From a virus (taxonomy: Duplodnaviria; Caudoviricetes), in the IMG/VR virus record IMGVR_UViG_3300028591_000083, positions 143,350 through 207,349 of that record: 64,000 nucleotides of DNA. The stretch is one strand, 5' to 3'. Position 1 is the stretch's first letter; every line of letters begins with the position of its first letter. The notes under the pieces were generated by a model. It worked only from the letters and a program-made list of their open reading frames with translations, searched no databases and was not told where the DNA came from. Made by a program: the position numbers and the translations under genes. Below, piece after piece: positions 19,335 through 28,324 of this stretch.

Positions 19335-20084
19335 TCACATATCTCTCAGGTCACTGTTTTCTAATTCTGTATATTCGGCATCAAATGCAACATCTAGGTC
19401 TGCATCTGTATTATCCATAATAGAATCTGTAAATCCAAGATTTCTTACTTTCTTCTTGAATTGCTCAATGATAATTCCAACATATGGAATCAACGAATCA
19501 CTTAGCCTAAAATATGTTCTTGGCTTATTTTCAATGTCTCGAAGAAGATTCAAACAAACATTTGTATACACTGCTGTATACTCCATTGTATCTTCTACAA
19601 ATTTAGTATGGCTCATTACATCACGGATGACAGAATCAATATGCTCAAGAGTAAATCTTCTTTCCATATTATCAAATTCTTCTATGCATGACATTGAAGA
19701 ACTTGCGCACATTCGTTTAACTGTTTCTTTTAGTACCGGATTATCTTGAACATTTATAATTTCATGCTCAACACGTTTCTGTCTTGTAACATAGGTTAGC
19801 TTAATCATTTTACCGATGTAATAAATCCAAGCATAGATTTTCTTTCCGCCTAAAACACTCATCCAAACATCGGCAGCAATGTCGTGACAAACATCATCAA
19901 CACCACAATAACCAAATACAAACTTATTTTGATTCACATAAATATACGCAAGTGATTTCAAAAGAGTATACATTTCTTCATTTTGTGGATCATTCTCTGC
20001 AAGATAAGTAAGTCGTTTCTCAATCTTCATAACGCTCTTACTTCTCTTACTGTTTGCTACATCATAATCTGCTCCCAATGTCAA
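19335..20084 (-). CDS. Putative phage sigma-factor-like protein
   Basis: VDDVCHDIAADVW...IYAWIYYIGK resembles sigma70/ECF region 2. Confidence 0.4.
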   Translation of the reverse strand: MTLGADYDVANSKRSKSVMKIEKRLTYLAENDPQNEEMYTLLKSLAYIYVNQNKFVFGYCGVDDVCHDIAADVWMSVLGGKKIYAWIYYIGKMIKLTYVTRQKRVEHEIINVQDNPVLKETVKRMCASSSMSCIEEFDNMERRFTLEHIDSVIRDVMSHTKFVEDTMEYTAVYTNVCLNLLRDIENKPRTYFRLSDSLIPYVGIIIEQFKKKVRNLGFTDSIMDNTDADLDVAFDAEYTELENSDLRDM

Positions 20085-20260
20085 TCACCTTCTTCTATTT
20101 CAAATAGCGATATTTGATGTTTCCGTTCTGCTTTCCACAATCTGTAGCATTTTGGACCGAAACCAATCTCTTTACTTGCATTTCCTTTTAATGGTCTACC
20201 GCATCTACGACAAAACACAACCATGTTATCTAAATCAACATTCTGTTTATCTTCTTCCAT
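20081..20260 (-). CDS. 59-aa zinc-ribbon (DUF6011-like) protein with a QISLF clamp-binding motif
   Basis: Below ORF-track cutoff; MEEDKQNVDLDNMVVFCRRCGRPLKGNASKEIGFGPKCYRLWKAERKHQISLFEIEEGD; AAGGAG RBS. Confidence 0.75.
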   Translation of the reverse strand: MEEDKQNVDLDNMVVFCRRCGRPLKGNASKEIGFGPKCYRLWKAERKHQISLFEIEEGD

Positions 20261-20272
20261 ACAAATACTCCT

Positions 20273-21214
20273 TTACAAGATATTTACCAGTAAATAATCA
20301 ACAACCATTTCTGGTTGAATACTTCCATCTTTTACACCTCTATCGCAGTATCTTACATACTTCAAAAACCGAACAAGCTCAGAATTACTATATTTTCCAA
20401 CAAAATGCTTACTGTTCTTAATCTGGAATCCTGTAAGACCTGTTGAATCAGCAATATTCTTAATATTTCCGGCTGTTTGAACTTGAAGAACTGTTTTTAC
20501 TTTCGTATGTAAAAGTGAAATGATAGCAAGCGGATTATCGCCGCGCTCTTTGGATTCTTCCAGTAACTCATACACAGACTTTACATCTCTATCAAGAATC
20601 GCATCAATCAAATCAAACATTTCACCTTCAACATCAATATAGAAAGCTCCTTCATTATAGCATTCTTTGAAAGCATCCATATAAGATATTGATCTGAAAT
20701 TAGCAAGACTTTTGACCTTATCAATTTCAAGAAGAATTCTTCCATAATCATTATGTGTGATATCGCACAAGTATTTACAGCATTTATCCGTAATGTCTAC
20801 GTCATTCTTAATATACTTAGTAAGAACTTCAACAGATAAAGGCTGAAACTCTGTAATATAATCATCAAACGTCTTACTGAACTTTGAACGTGCATCAATA
20901 TCTAAGTATTTTACAATAAGTGTTGCTTTTGCTCGTTCAAGTTTCTTTACAATGTCTTTCCATATTGATTCTTCCGTGAGAAATTCCTTATCATACCGAA
21001 CAAGATACAGTTGCTTTCCAGAATCAAATAAATTACGTCTGTCTAAATTCCTGTATACTGAATCTACCGTATCGGCTTCAATGATATTTAATCCGATACC
21101 GTCTGCAACCTTTTGAATATAAATATCAAGAATTGTATATTCTGCTCCTGCAAACACATAAAAATTCCTGAATTCTTTTTTCAATAGGCTGTTACATAAC
21201 TCTAAAAGATTCAT
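20273..21214 (-). CDS. holA: Clamp loader delta subunit
   Basis: FYVFAGAEY, NDYGRILLEIDKV, MFDLIDAIL, DRGVKDG; ATGA-coupled to holB. Confidence 0.8.
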   Translation of the reverse strand: MNLLELCNSLLKKEFRNFYVFAGAEYTILDIYIQKVADGIGLNIIEADTVDSVYRNLDRRNLFDSGKQLYLVRYDKEFLTEESIWKDIVKKLERAKATLIVKYLDIDARSKFSKTFDDYITEFQPLSVEVLTKYIKNDVDITDKCCKYLCDITHNDYGRILLEIDKVKSLANFRSISYMDAFKECYNEGAFYIDVEGEMFDLIDAILDRDVKSVYELLEESKERGDNPLAIISLLHTKVKTVLQVQTAGNIKNIADSTGLTGFQIKNSKHFVGKYSNSELVRFLKYVRYCDRGVKDGSIQPEMVVDYLLVNIL

Positions 21215-22062
21215 ATTGCACCGCCTGAAACGTCTAAATGCGTATTCAAAATCCAATTATCAAGTATCATTTGCTTATTGCTTCCCTTTTGGCACAGCTC
21301 AGACAAATGTTTACTTGTCTGCTTTATGATCTTTGCAAACGCCTCATAATCTTCTCTTGAACATTTCTCTTTCATTGAACTTTCGCACACAAGCATAACA
21401 CACCGCATAAACAATACAGGATCAAACTTGTCATCTTCATCTTTTTTAACATTTAATGAAGAACTAATCTTGAATTCATTGTAGATTTTTGCAAACCCTA
21501 TATTCTGAACAAACTTGTCTGCCAAATCATACAAACCGATAACATCAATAGAATTACATATTGTAATATCTTTTGGACAAGTGCTTATCTGATATGCAAT
21601 TTTCTCCGTTTTATCTCTAAGACTTAAATCCATTGTCTTTGCATATTCTTTCAAATCAATAACAGAATAATTATTGAGATGAAATACTGTTGCTCTACTG
21701 ATGATTGTTGGTAGTACGTTTGATAGATTTTGAACTGTCATAATGAAGTATGCGTCATTCGGCGGCTCTTCTGTCACTTTTAAGAGTGCATTCTTTGCGC
21801 CAACTGACATATCATCTGCATCAAAAATCATAAATAGTGTTTTTGCTACAGTGTTGTATGCTTTTGAAATTGTATCTCTAACATCATCAATAGATGTTCC
21901 ACATGGAACAAAAGTGCATCCAAGTTTTTTAGATGTCCACTCAGACATTACTTTCTTTCCAAAACCTTCCGGAGATGTAAATATACAAAATCTTGGGAAT
22001 TTATCTCGCTCAATTAACGATTCTATTCTTTGCTTTAATTCTTTTTGTCCACATACATACAT
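21211..22062 (-). CDS. holB: Clamp loader delta-prime subunit
   Basis: DADDMSVGAKNALLKVTEEPP, VLPTIISR. Confidence 0.82.
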   Translation of the reverse strand: MYVCGQKELKQRIESLIERDKFPRFCIFTSPEGFGKKVMSEWTSKKLGCTFVPCGTSIDDVRDTISKAYNTVAKTLFMIFDADDMSVGAKNALLKVTEEPPNDAYFIMTVQNLSNVLPTIISRATVFHLNNYSVIDLKEYAKTMDLSLRDKTEKIAYQISTCPKDITICNSIDVIGLYDLADKFVQNIGFAKIYNEFKISSSLNVKKDEDDKFDPVLFMRCVMLVCESSMKEKCSREDYEAFAKIIKQTSKHLSELCQKGSNKQMILDNWILNTHLDVSGGAI

Positions 22063-22065
22063 TAA

Positions 22066-24306
22066 TTAACCCTCCGAACAAAGAAGAATAAACTGAGATT
22101 CAATCATTGGTTTCGGTGTAGATTCCCACTTAATATCTGTATTCAGCTTCATTACAGCATTAAGAAGATCTGAGAAGAAAGAATAGTGTTCTTTTGTATA
22201 TGACTTCATCTTATCTTCATATGATGTCGGCAATTTCAAGAACTCAAAAGAACGGCAAACATCATATTTGCACAGGTCAAGAACAAAGTAATTGTATTCA
22301 TTAATAAACTGTTTAAGATCAATACCATCTCTGTGAATAGTCTCAATAATTTCAATAACTTTTTGCTTATTCATATTATATAGAGAATCTGTCAACTCAA
22401 ACATAATACTATAATCAATAGAACCAAGAGCTTTTGTAACAATATCTAAAGTAAGATTATCTGAATATCCGAGTGCTTTTTCCATAAGAGTAATAGCATC
22501 TCGCATTCCACCTTCAGACAGCTTCGCAATATAATCAATCGCATCTTCTGTATATGTGTAGTTATGTCCTTCATTATTTTCTGAATCAAGGATGAATTTC
22601 AATCTGTTCACAACTCCGGAATGCGAAATACGCTTAAAATCATATCTTTGAACTCTTGAAAGAATTGTTTTCGGAAATTTCTGAGGATCTGTAGAACAAA
22701 AAATAAAAACACTTGTCGGTACCGGCTCTTCAATAGATTTCAGTGCAGCTTCCCACGCTGCTTTAGAGAAGTTGTGAGCTTCGTCAAGTAAAAACACACG
22801 GTAATCAGTTCCAATAGGCTTACTTCTTGCTTGATTTAGAATACTCTTCATATCTTCAACACCGTTATGTGAAGCCGCATCCAATTCTACTATTGTAGAA
22901 TTGATAGAGTTTGCAAAAGTTCTTGCCAATGTTGTATTGTGAGTTGGAACAAAATTATCTGTTATATATGTATGATCTTCATGGTCTACATAAATACACT
23001 GACATTCTTCTTTTCCAACATATTTTATTGCCACTATTTTTTTAATCGGATCACTCTGTCTTTTTTTCCTCCTTCTTAAATGTTTCTCAGAGGAACAATA
23101 TACAAGATTATTTGGAAACTTTACATGATGCCTATATGATGTTGAGCAAATAACTTTTTCCCCATCTTTATTTATATAATTTGATTGTCTACTGGTTACA
23201 GTATCTCTACACCCCAAAGACCTTACAAGGAATGAAAAGTCATCCGATAACTGCTTACTAGATGTTGAAAACTCAGTTACGCCATTTTCAGATGTATATC
23301 CGTCAGAATCAAAAAGTCCTCTCAAGAGTTCCAATCTCGTATCTATGTCATTTAATAAATATTCTTTCGGTATAAATTTATCTGTTGATTTAACACAAAT
23401 ACCAAGATTCCTTAAGTCATCTCTGAAGCTAACATGGTTTGAATAATTATCGTTCGCTACTCTTTTTATTTTTCCAAATAACTCAGGATATTTTCCAAAC
23501 GTAGTTGATGCATCTCCTGTTGAAATTCTATATATTGTTTCTTGATCAAATTTTGGATACCCGATAGAATTCAAATCCTCAATTAACTTATATGGTCCTT
23601 TATATGTTATATTATTAAATATATAGAAATTCTTAAAATTATCTTGTTTTCCGGAGATTCTGTAATCATACTTTGATCTATATTTAACATCACAGTCATA
23701 CTTACTCAAAATATCAGATACCTTGTCTATTACATCTTTCTCGTTGTTTGAGAATCCAAAGCTACCTCCGCATAAGTTACCGTCACCTAAAAGAAATCCA
23801 ACTAAATAAGGATCAATGGGGATTTCTTTTTTTGAAAACGGTACTGTTGGTATCTCAACGCGCAATTTCTTTTTAGAGGTTTCAAACAATTTAATTAAAT
23901 CACGGGTTTCTATAACAAAATAATCATTTCCTTTTCGTTTTCCATTATATGTATAGATGCAGTTCAAATGATTATCAGCAACACGTATTGATGTTTTGTC
24001 GTTAAAACATATTTCATACACATCTCTAACACCTTGATTAAATACACCAGAAACAACTGCAACGCTGCCTGTGTGCGTGATTACCTCTGAACCGCACTTA
24101 ATGTCTTTCATCTTAACAAACCCGTTCGGCGTCAGAACATCACTGTCAAGCGGCTGTGCTTTACCACATCCAGAAGATCCGCAGAACAGATACGTATTCC
24201 TAATCTTATTCTCTTTAATATGATTCAATAAGATATCTTTTACAACGGATTGTTCTACAGTGTCTTCAAATGTTTTCGGGCGATACTTTACAGCTAATGA
24301 TTGCAT
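22066..24306 (-). CDS. dnaX: Clamp loader gamma/tau subunit with intein
   Basis: LAVKYRPKTF, GSSGCGK|TT, ELDAASHNGVE, LDEAH, TILSR, GGMRDA. Confidence 0.93.
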   Translation of the reverse strand: MQSLAVKYRPKTFEDTVEQSVVKDILLNHIKENKIRNTYLFCGSSGCGKAQPLDSDVLTPNGFVKMKDIKCGSEVITHTGSVAVVSGVFNQGVRDVYEICFNDKTSIRVADNHLNCIYTYNGKRKGNDYFVIETRDLIKLFETSKKKLRVEIPTVPFSKKEIPIDPYLVGFLLGDGNLCGGSFGFSNNEKDVIDKVSDILSKYDCDVKYRSKYDYRISGKQDNFKNFYIFNNITYKGPYKLIEDLNSIGYPKFDQETIYRISTGDASTTFGKYPELFGKIKRVANDNYSNHVSFRDDLRNLGICVKSTDKFIPKEYLLNDIDTRLELLRGLFDSDGYTSENGVTEFSTSSKQLSDDFSFLVRSLGCRDTVTSRQSNYINKDGEKVICSTSYRHHVKFPNNLVYCSSEKHLRRRKKRQSDPIKKIVAIKYVGKEECQCIYVDHEDHTYITDNFVPTHNTTLARTFANSINSTIVELDAASHNGVEDMKSILNQARSKPIGTDYRVFLLDEAHNFSKAAWEAALKSIEEPVPTSVFIFCSTDPQKFPKTILSRVQRYDFKRISHSGVVNRLKFILDSENNEGHNYTYTEDAIDYIAKLSEGGMRDAITLMEKALGYSDNLTLDIVTKALGSIDYSIMFELTDSLYNMNKQKVIEIIETIHRDGIDLKQFINEYNYFVLDLCKYDVCRSFEFLKLPTSYEDKMKSYTKEHYSFFSDLLNAVMKLNTDIKWESTPKPMIESQFILLCSEG
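22936..24159 (-). mobile_element. 408-aa Ala1 (class 3-type) intein with LAGLIDADG homing endonuclease in the DnaX Walker A
   Basis: Starts AQPLDSDVLTP, ends FVPTHN|T; LVGFLLGDG and LLRGLFDSDG motifs. Confidence 0.9.
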
Positions 24307-24356
24307 AAGGCTTCCTCCTAAACTGACTGTATAATTTGAATGAATCTTATGTAATT

Positions 24357-24385
24357 AGTATAACACATTTTTGAAAAAAAGTCAA
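24357..24385 (-). promoter_or_regulatory. sigmaA promoter of the clamp-loader operon
   Basis: TTGACT-17-TATACT with TG. Confidence 0.8.
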
Positions 24386-24410
24386 GTGATTTATAGAAAA
24401 TAAATGAAAG

Positions 24411-24433
24411 ACCTTGCTAAAAATTAGCAAGGT
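24411..24433 (-). terminator. Terminator-like hairpin
   Basis: accttgctaa/ttagcaaggt perfect 10-bp stem. Confidence 0.65.
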
Positions 24434-24441
24434 TTTATTGG

Positions 24442-24783
24442 TTATTCCTCTGAATCCAAAAACTCTACAAACTTCTTCATCACTTGTTCGTTTATGACAT
24501 AATAATTATTATTGTCACCGAAATCAAATGCAAGAATTGGATGTTTTTTACCCATTGCAAAACACTGTTCTTCGAGTTTTTCAAGCCATTCTTTTTTAAT
24601 TGAAAATGACTTCTTTTCTGTTGTTGCTGTTTTACATTCGATCAAGCATTTATCTGAATATAAATCTCCTTTAAGGAACGCACTTGAACCGGAGCTTGTT
24701 TGAACTTTAGCCCCAATATTCTTTGCTGTTCGTCTTTCATGTCTATCACTATAATATCTATTTGAATTCTTATTATTTACCAT
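24442..24783 (-). CDS. PD-(D/E)XK Holliday-junction-resolvase-like endonuclease
   Basis: HE...SSGS...KGD...LIECKT...SFSIKKEWL. Confidence 0.7.
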   Translation of the reverse strand: MVNNKNSNRYYSDRHERRTAKNIGAKVQTSSGSSAFLKGDLYSDKCLIECKTATTEKKSFSIKKEWLEKLEEQCFAMGKKHPILAFDFGDNNNYYVINEQVMKKFVEFLDSEE

Positions 24784-25300
24784 CTTCCAATCTCCTATTC
24801 AAGAAATCACAACAAACCTCACAATCTTCAAGTCGCTCAAACAATTCTTCATTATACAAGCATCTGCCGGAGGTTGTGAGATAATCTTCTTCATCGAATC
24901 CTTCCATAACACTGGAACATCTTACACGGAACACACACTCGCCATCGAAACACAGATACATCGAATCTTCACCATCATCAATCACAGAACGGACAGTTAT
25001 TTCTTTTGAAAAGTATTTCTTCTTCCGGTAGAAACAATCACACATCTTAAAGTGATCGTCATTATCTGATCCAATATGAACAATACCAGTACCATTACAT
25101 TTCTTACAAACCTCAGAATTCTTATAATACATTAGACTTGGTTTGTAAATTGTTTTTAATACTGTTTCATAATACGGTGTTTCATAATATGTAAGTTCAT
25201 ATTCTTTTTGTTCCGGATTTTCTAATGCTGTTTTCAGCTTTGTAAGATATTCGATCTCATTGTTGATTTTTTCAATGATATTATCATTCATGCATAACAT
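24773..25300 (-). CDS. Hypothetical protein with CxxCxGxG zinc finger
   Basis: CKKCNGTG...CDC. Confidence 0.6.
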   Translation of the reverse strand: MLCMNDNIIEKINNEIEYLTKLKTALENPEQKEYELTYYETPYYETVLKTIYKPSLMYYKNSEVCKKCNGTGIVHIGSDNDDHFKMCDCFYRKKKYFSKEITVRSVIDDGEDSMYLCFDGECVFRVRCSSVMEGFDEEDYLTTSGRCLYNEELFERLEDCEVCCDFLNRRLEDGK

Positions 25301-25327
25301 CTCCCAATATAAATATAATTTAGGAAA

Positions 25328-25527
25328 GCGTGATTCAGATGTGTGATATCCGAATCACGCCAGCAGCGTTTCACTGCTTTCACCAAAGGTGTTGTTTCCT
25401 CAGTTGGTTTTTAACGGAGGTACAAACAAAAACGAACCCGAAAGACACAAATAGGCAAAAAAGTATCTGCTAAAGTAGCTTGTTTGTAACAGAATTGATC
25501 TCTAAACCAACAAACAATCAGTTCTGT
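25328..25527 (-). ncRNA. Candidate multi-hairpin ncRNA 3' of tRNA-Asn
   Basis: Three stems: gcgtgattc/gaatcacgc, tacaaacaa/ttgtttgta, acagaattgat/atcagttctgt. Confidence 0.4.
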
Positions 25528-25532
25528 CTGAA

Positions 25533-25605
25533 CTCCCGATACTGGACTTGAACCAGTGACACCCTGATTAACAGTCAGGTGCTCTACCAACTGAGCTAAT
25601 CGGGA
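25533..25605 (-). tRNA. trnN: tRNA-Asn(GTT)
   Basis: Canonical cloverleaf; anticodon arm CCTGA-CTGTTAA-TCAGG. Confidence 0.95.
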
Positions 25606-25612
25606 ATATAAA

Positions 25613-25764
25613 TGTCGGAGGTAGGGTTTGAACCTACACAGGAATAGCATGAACAAAGAGTATTTGTTTGACGTCATCCTAGGCTATAGTCAAACTCATC
25701 CTTGTTTAATTCTTTCCAACCGGAGCCTGCTTCCGGCGCGTCATACCTATTGCGCCACTCCAAC
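25613..25764 (-). ncRNA. tRNA-Leu(CAG)-like RNA with an 82-nt variable arm
   Basis: Acceptor GTTGGAG/CTCCGAC+A, D arm, CCGGA-AGCAGGC-TCCGG, T arm GTAGG-TTCAAAC-CCTAC. Confidence 0.75.
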
Positions 25765-25828
25765 GTATAAATCAGTCAAAACTTAATCATTATTCTTTTC
25801 ATATGATATCTTCTGTCTCCTAATCACC

Positions 25829-26008
25829 TCACTGGAAATCCGTCATAATTTTTCTAATTCTTTTCACCGCATCAATATCTGTGATTTCCTGTTTCGACTC
25901 CCTCACAAGACATTCACCAATAAGAAATAAAATATGTTGCTGTTTAATGCACTCATCCCTGAGTTTGTTAATATCATCACACTCAAGAATATATAATTTA
26001 TTCATCAT
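25829..26008 (-). CDS. 59-aa hypothetical protein
   Basis: Below cutoff; MMNKLYILECDD...IMTDFQ, GAGGTG RBS. Confidence 0.55.
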   Translation of the reverse strand: MMNKLYILECDDINKLRDECIKQQHILFLIGECLVRESKQEITDIDAVKRIRKIMTDFQ

Positions 26009-26323
26009 CTAAACCACCTCACTTCTGCCCGTCTCCAGTTTGAGCCATTTAAGATTAGCGGATGTTATCTGTTCCTCTGTTACCTTGCCGTAAAAAATCG
26101 CCCGACTGTGTAATGCATTTATTATTAAGCTAGTAAGTTCTTTTGCAATCTCTTCGTCATTCATATGACGGATGCGATCACCATTTGTTATTGGATTTGC
26201 AGGTATGAAATTATCGCATGAATAAGAAAACGCATTATAAACAGACTGCTTATCAATCAAGCAAGTGCATCCGTCAGCGTCCCAATCAGCATACTTGCAT
26301 TCTTTACAACATCTTTGATTCAT
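26009..26323 (-). CDS. Hypothetical phage protein (TNGDRIR.M..EE.A motif)
   Basis: Start moved to MNQRCC (ATGA coupling). Confidence 0.6.
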   Translation of the reverse strand: MNQRCCKECKYADWDADGCTCLIDKQSVYNAFSYSCDNFIPANPITNGDRIRHMNDEEIAKELTSLIINALHSRAIFYGKVTEEQITSANLKWLKLETGRSEVV

Positions 26324-27015
26324 TCCACCCACTCCTCCGCTTCTTGACGATTGATAAAGAAGTGAATTCCTGTTGCACATTCTTCAAACCGATCTTCACA
26401 GAAATTAGGTTCTGTTACGGTTTCACCAACTTTATAGATAAATTCGTCATCATAGTTACTTGCAATTTCATTCAATTCAGTTGATTCCCCACTTACTGTT
26501 TCGATTGCAAGTACAACAGCTTTGTCACATCTGCACTTACGTCCTGTCGCGCTTGATCTCCGTGCATCTTCCGGAATAAATAATTTCACAATATGTCCGT
26601 TTGCTTTCTTCCATGCCGTGAAACTTCCACTGTCAGGACATACCATCGGAATGAATGGAACATTTTTAGCACCACGAAGATCAGCATCTTGCAAATTAGC
26701 ACGCCACAGATCAGCACCGCTCAGATCAACCCTACACAAGTAAGCATCTCGAAGATTAGCACAATACAGATCAGCACCACTTAGGTTAGCTCCACTCAGG
26801 TCAGCCTCTTGCAGATTAGCCTTTAACAAGTTAGCTTCACGTAGGTCAGCATATTGCAAGTCGGCACCGCTCAGGTTCGCGCAACGTAAGTCAACACCAT
26901 GTAGGTCAACACCTAGTAAGTTAGCAGAACACAGGTCAGCAAGTTCTCCGCCTTTCTGACCATTTAGCCACTTTTTGTGTTTCTCAATAATATTTTTCAA
27001 CTTATAACTCAGCAT
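26320..27015 (-). CDS. Pentapeptide-repeat protein with DUF5758-like C-terminus
   Basis: A(D/N)L.. repeats; RSSATGRKCRC, ECATGIHFF. Confidence 0.85.
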   Translation of the reverse strand: MLSYKLKNIIEKHKKWLNGQKGGELADLCSANLLGVDLHGVDLRCANLSGADLQYADLREANLLKANLQEADLSGANLSGADLYCANLRDAYLCRVDLSGADLWRANLQDADLRGAKNVPFIPMVCPDSGSFTAWKKANGHIVKLFIPEDARRSSATGRKCRCDKAVVLAIETVSGESTELNEIASNYDDEFIYKVGETVTEPNFCEDRFEECATGIHFFINRQEAEEWVE

Positions 27016-27361
27016 GACTATAACCTCATTTAGAAGGATGTTGCACGTTATGAAAATTATTAAAATTATTCAAAATTACATATCAACTTTAATAAATTTT
27101 CTTTATTGTTCATTATGATGTTTAGTCATAATTACTACAATTTGCTGTAACGCACAGCAGCTATCCCATTTTATTGGGACTACTTTTTTTTGTTAAAATT
27201 TACTAAATTTATGACTCAATATAATATCGCTCTTGTTACATTTTTCAGCATCATGTGCCGTAACAAATAAATTTTGCTTTATATTAAATTGATTTTTAGT
27301 AAATTCATACAAATACTTTAATTTTGTTTCATATGTTTAATGCTCTCTCAAACCATATATC

Positions 27362-27667
27362 TTATTTCTTATCTTTTTTCTCTAAATATGATAATCTAGC
27401 TCTTGTGAATAGTTTATTATATTCCTTTCTTAGCTCTTCAACTGATTCCATAACCAACATAATCGTTAATGAAAAATTAAAAATCGGACATAAAACCCAT
27501 ATCATTGGAACAATTACAATTACAAAAAACAAATCTCTACACTTAATATCTGTATTTTCTTTCTTCCAATCTTTTAGTTCTGGAATATATGCATAGACCA
27601 TATTAACTATTGCACCAAGTACACAAAGAATGTATAATATAAGAACTATCCATAAAAATATCTTCAT
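27362..27667 (-). CDS. Membrane protein (2 TM segments)
   Basis: Two long hydrophobic stretches. Confidence 0.65.
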   Translation of the reverse strand: MKIFLWIVLILYILCVLGAIVNMVYAYIPELKDWKKENTDIKCRDLFFVIVIVPMIWVLCPIFNFSLTIMLVMESVEELRKEYNKLFTRARLSYLEKKDKK

Positions 27668-27682
27668 ATTATAGAAACTCCT

Positions 27683-28111
27683 TTACAGCTCGTCCAAATA
27701 ACATTTATAGTGTTCGCTTCCATCTGCTATCATTTTAATCTTCTTAATTCCGTTGTGTTGTGTAAGATGAAATTTATCAATTACAAACTGCTTTAATTCA
27801 TCCTGTGGAATTTGTGGTGAGTGAAATATCTTTGCTATTCCATTGCTGATCTCAACTCTTCCTCTTGGATAATATGAAAAATCTTTTCCACCAGTATATT
27901 TTCCTCCAAGAGTAGACCAAACTTTTTTATGATTATAGTTGTCTGAACCCGTAGATGACATTGTACTAGAAATCTGAAACTCAGGATCATTGATATCACC
28001 GTTAAAATCACACGGGATAGTAAAATATAGTTCTGATTTGTCTACATTATCAACATCTTTAATCCAGAAAATACCACGGTATAATTGAGTATCTTCCACT
28101 AAAAGTTTCAT
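27683..28111 (-). CDS. Conserved hypothetical protein (YYPRGRV motif)
   Basis: GIFW...NH...W...YYPRGRVEI...DGSEHYKC. Confidence 0.65.
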   Translation of the reverse strand: MKLLVEDTQLYRGIFWIKDVDNVDKSELYFTIPCDFNGDINDPEFQISSTMSSTGSDNYNHKKVWSTLGGKYTGGKDFSYYPRGRVEISNGIAKIFHSPQIPQDELKQFVIDKFHLTQHNGIKKIKMIADGSEHYKCYLDEL

Positions 28112-28136
28112 ATTGATTTCCTTTCCATTTGATTTT

Positions 28137-28210
28137 TGGTGTTGTATAAAGGAATCGAACCTTCATGTAAAGAACAATCAATATTTTACATCCTAACCGT
28201 AGGAAACAAC
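28137..28210 (-). ncRNA. Aberrant tRNA mimic with encoded CCA
   Basis: GTTGTTT CCTA-CGGT-TAGG ATGTAAA-13nt-TTTACAT GAAGG-TTCGATT-CCTTT ATACAAC A CCA. Confidence 0.6.
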
Positions 28211-28324
28211 AAAAATAGGTTGCGTAAGACTGAATAAGAATCTTACGCGAAAATAAAAATAAGATGAAATAATGAAGTGTTTTAAGGAGACAACAAAAAC
28301 GAGTCATCATCTATTACGATGATG

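Noticed and set aside
25411-25677. 88-aa minus-strand ORF (also 28059..28310)
   Set aside because: They overlap tRNA or tRNA-like genes and hairpins and are translation artefacts.
25660-25720. Group I or archaeal-type intron explaining the giant tRNA arm
   Set aside because: 82 nt is far too short for a group I intron, it is not in the anticodon loop, and no clear bulge-helix-bulge was seen.
27030-27350. AT-rich 320-bp gap with a partly open minus-strand frame
   Set aside because: Multiple stops, no start/RBS and no recognisable homology; possibly a decayed gene but unsupported.
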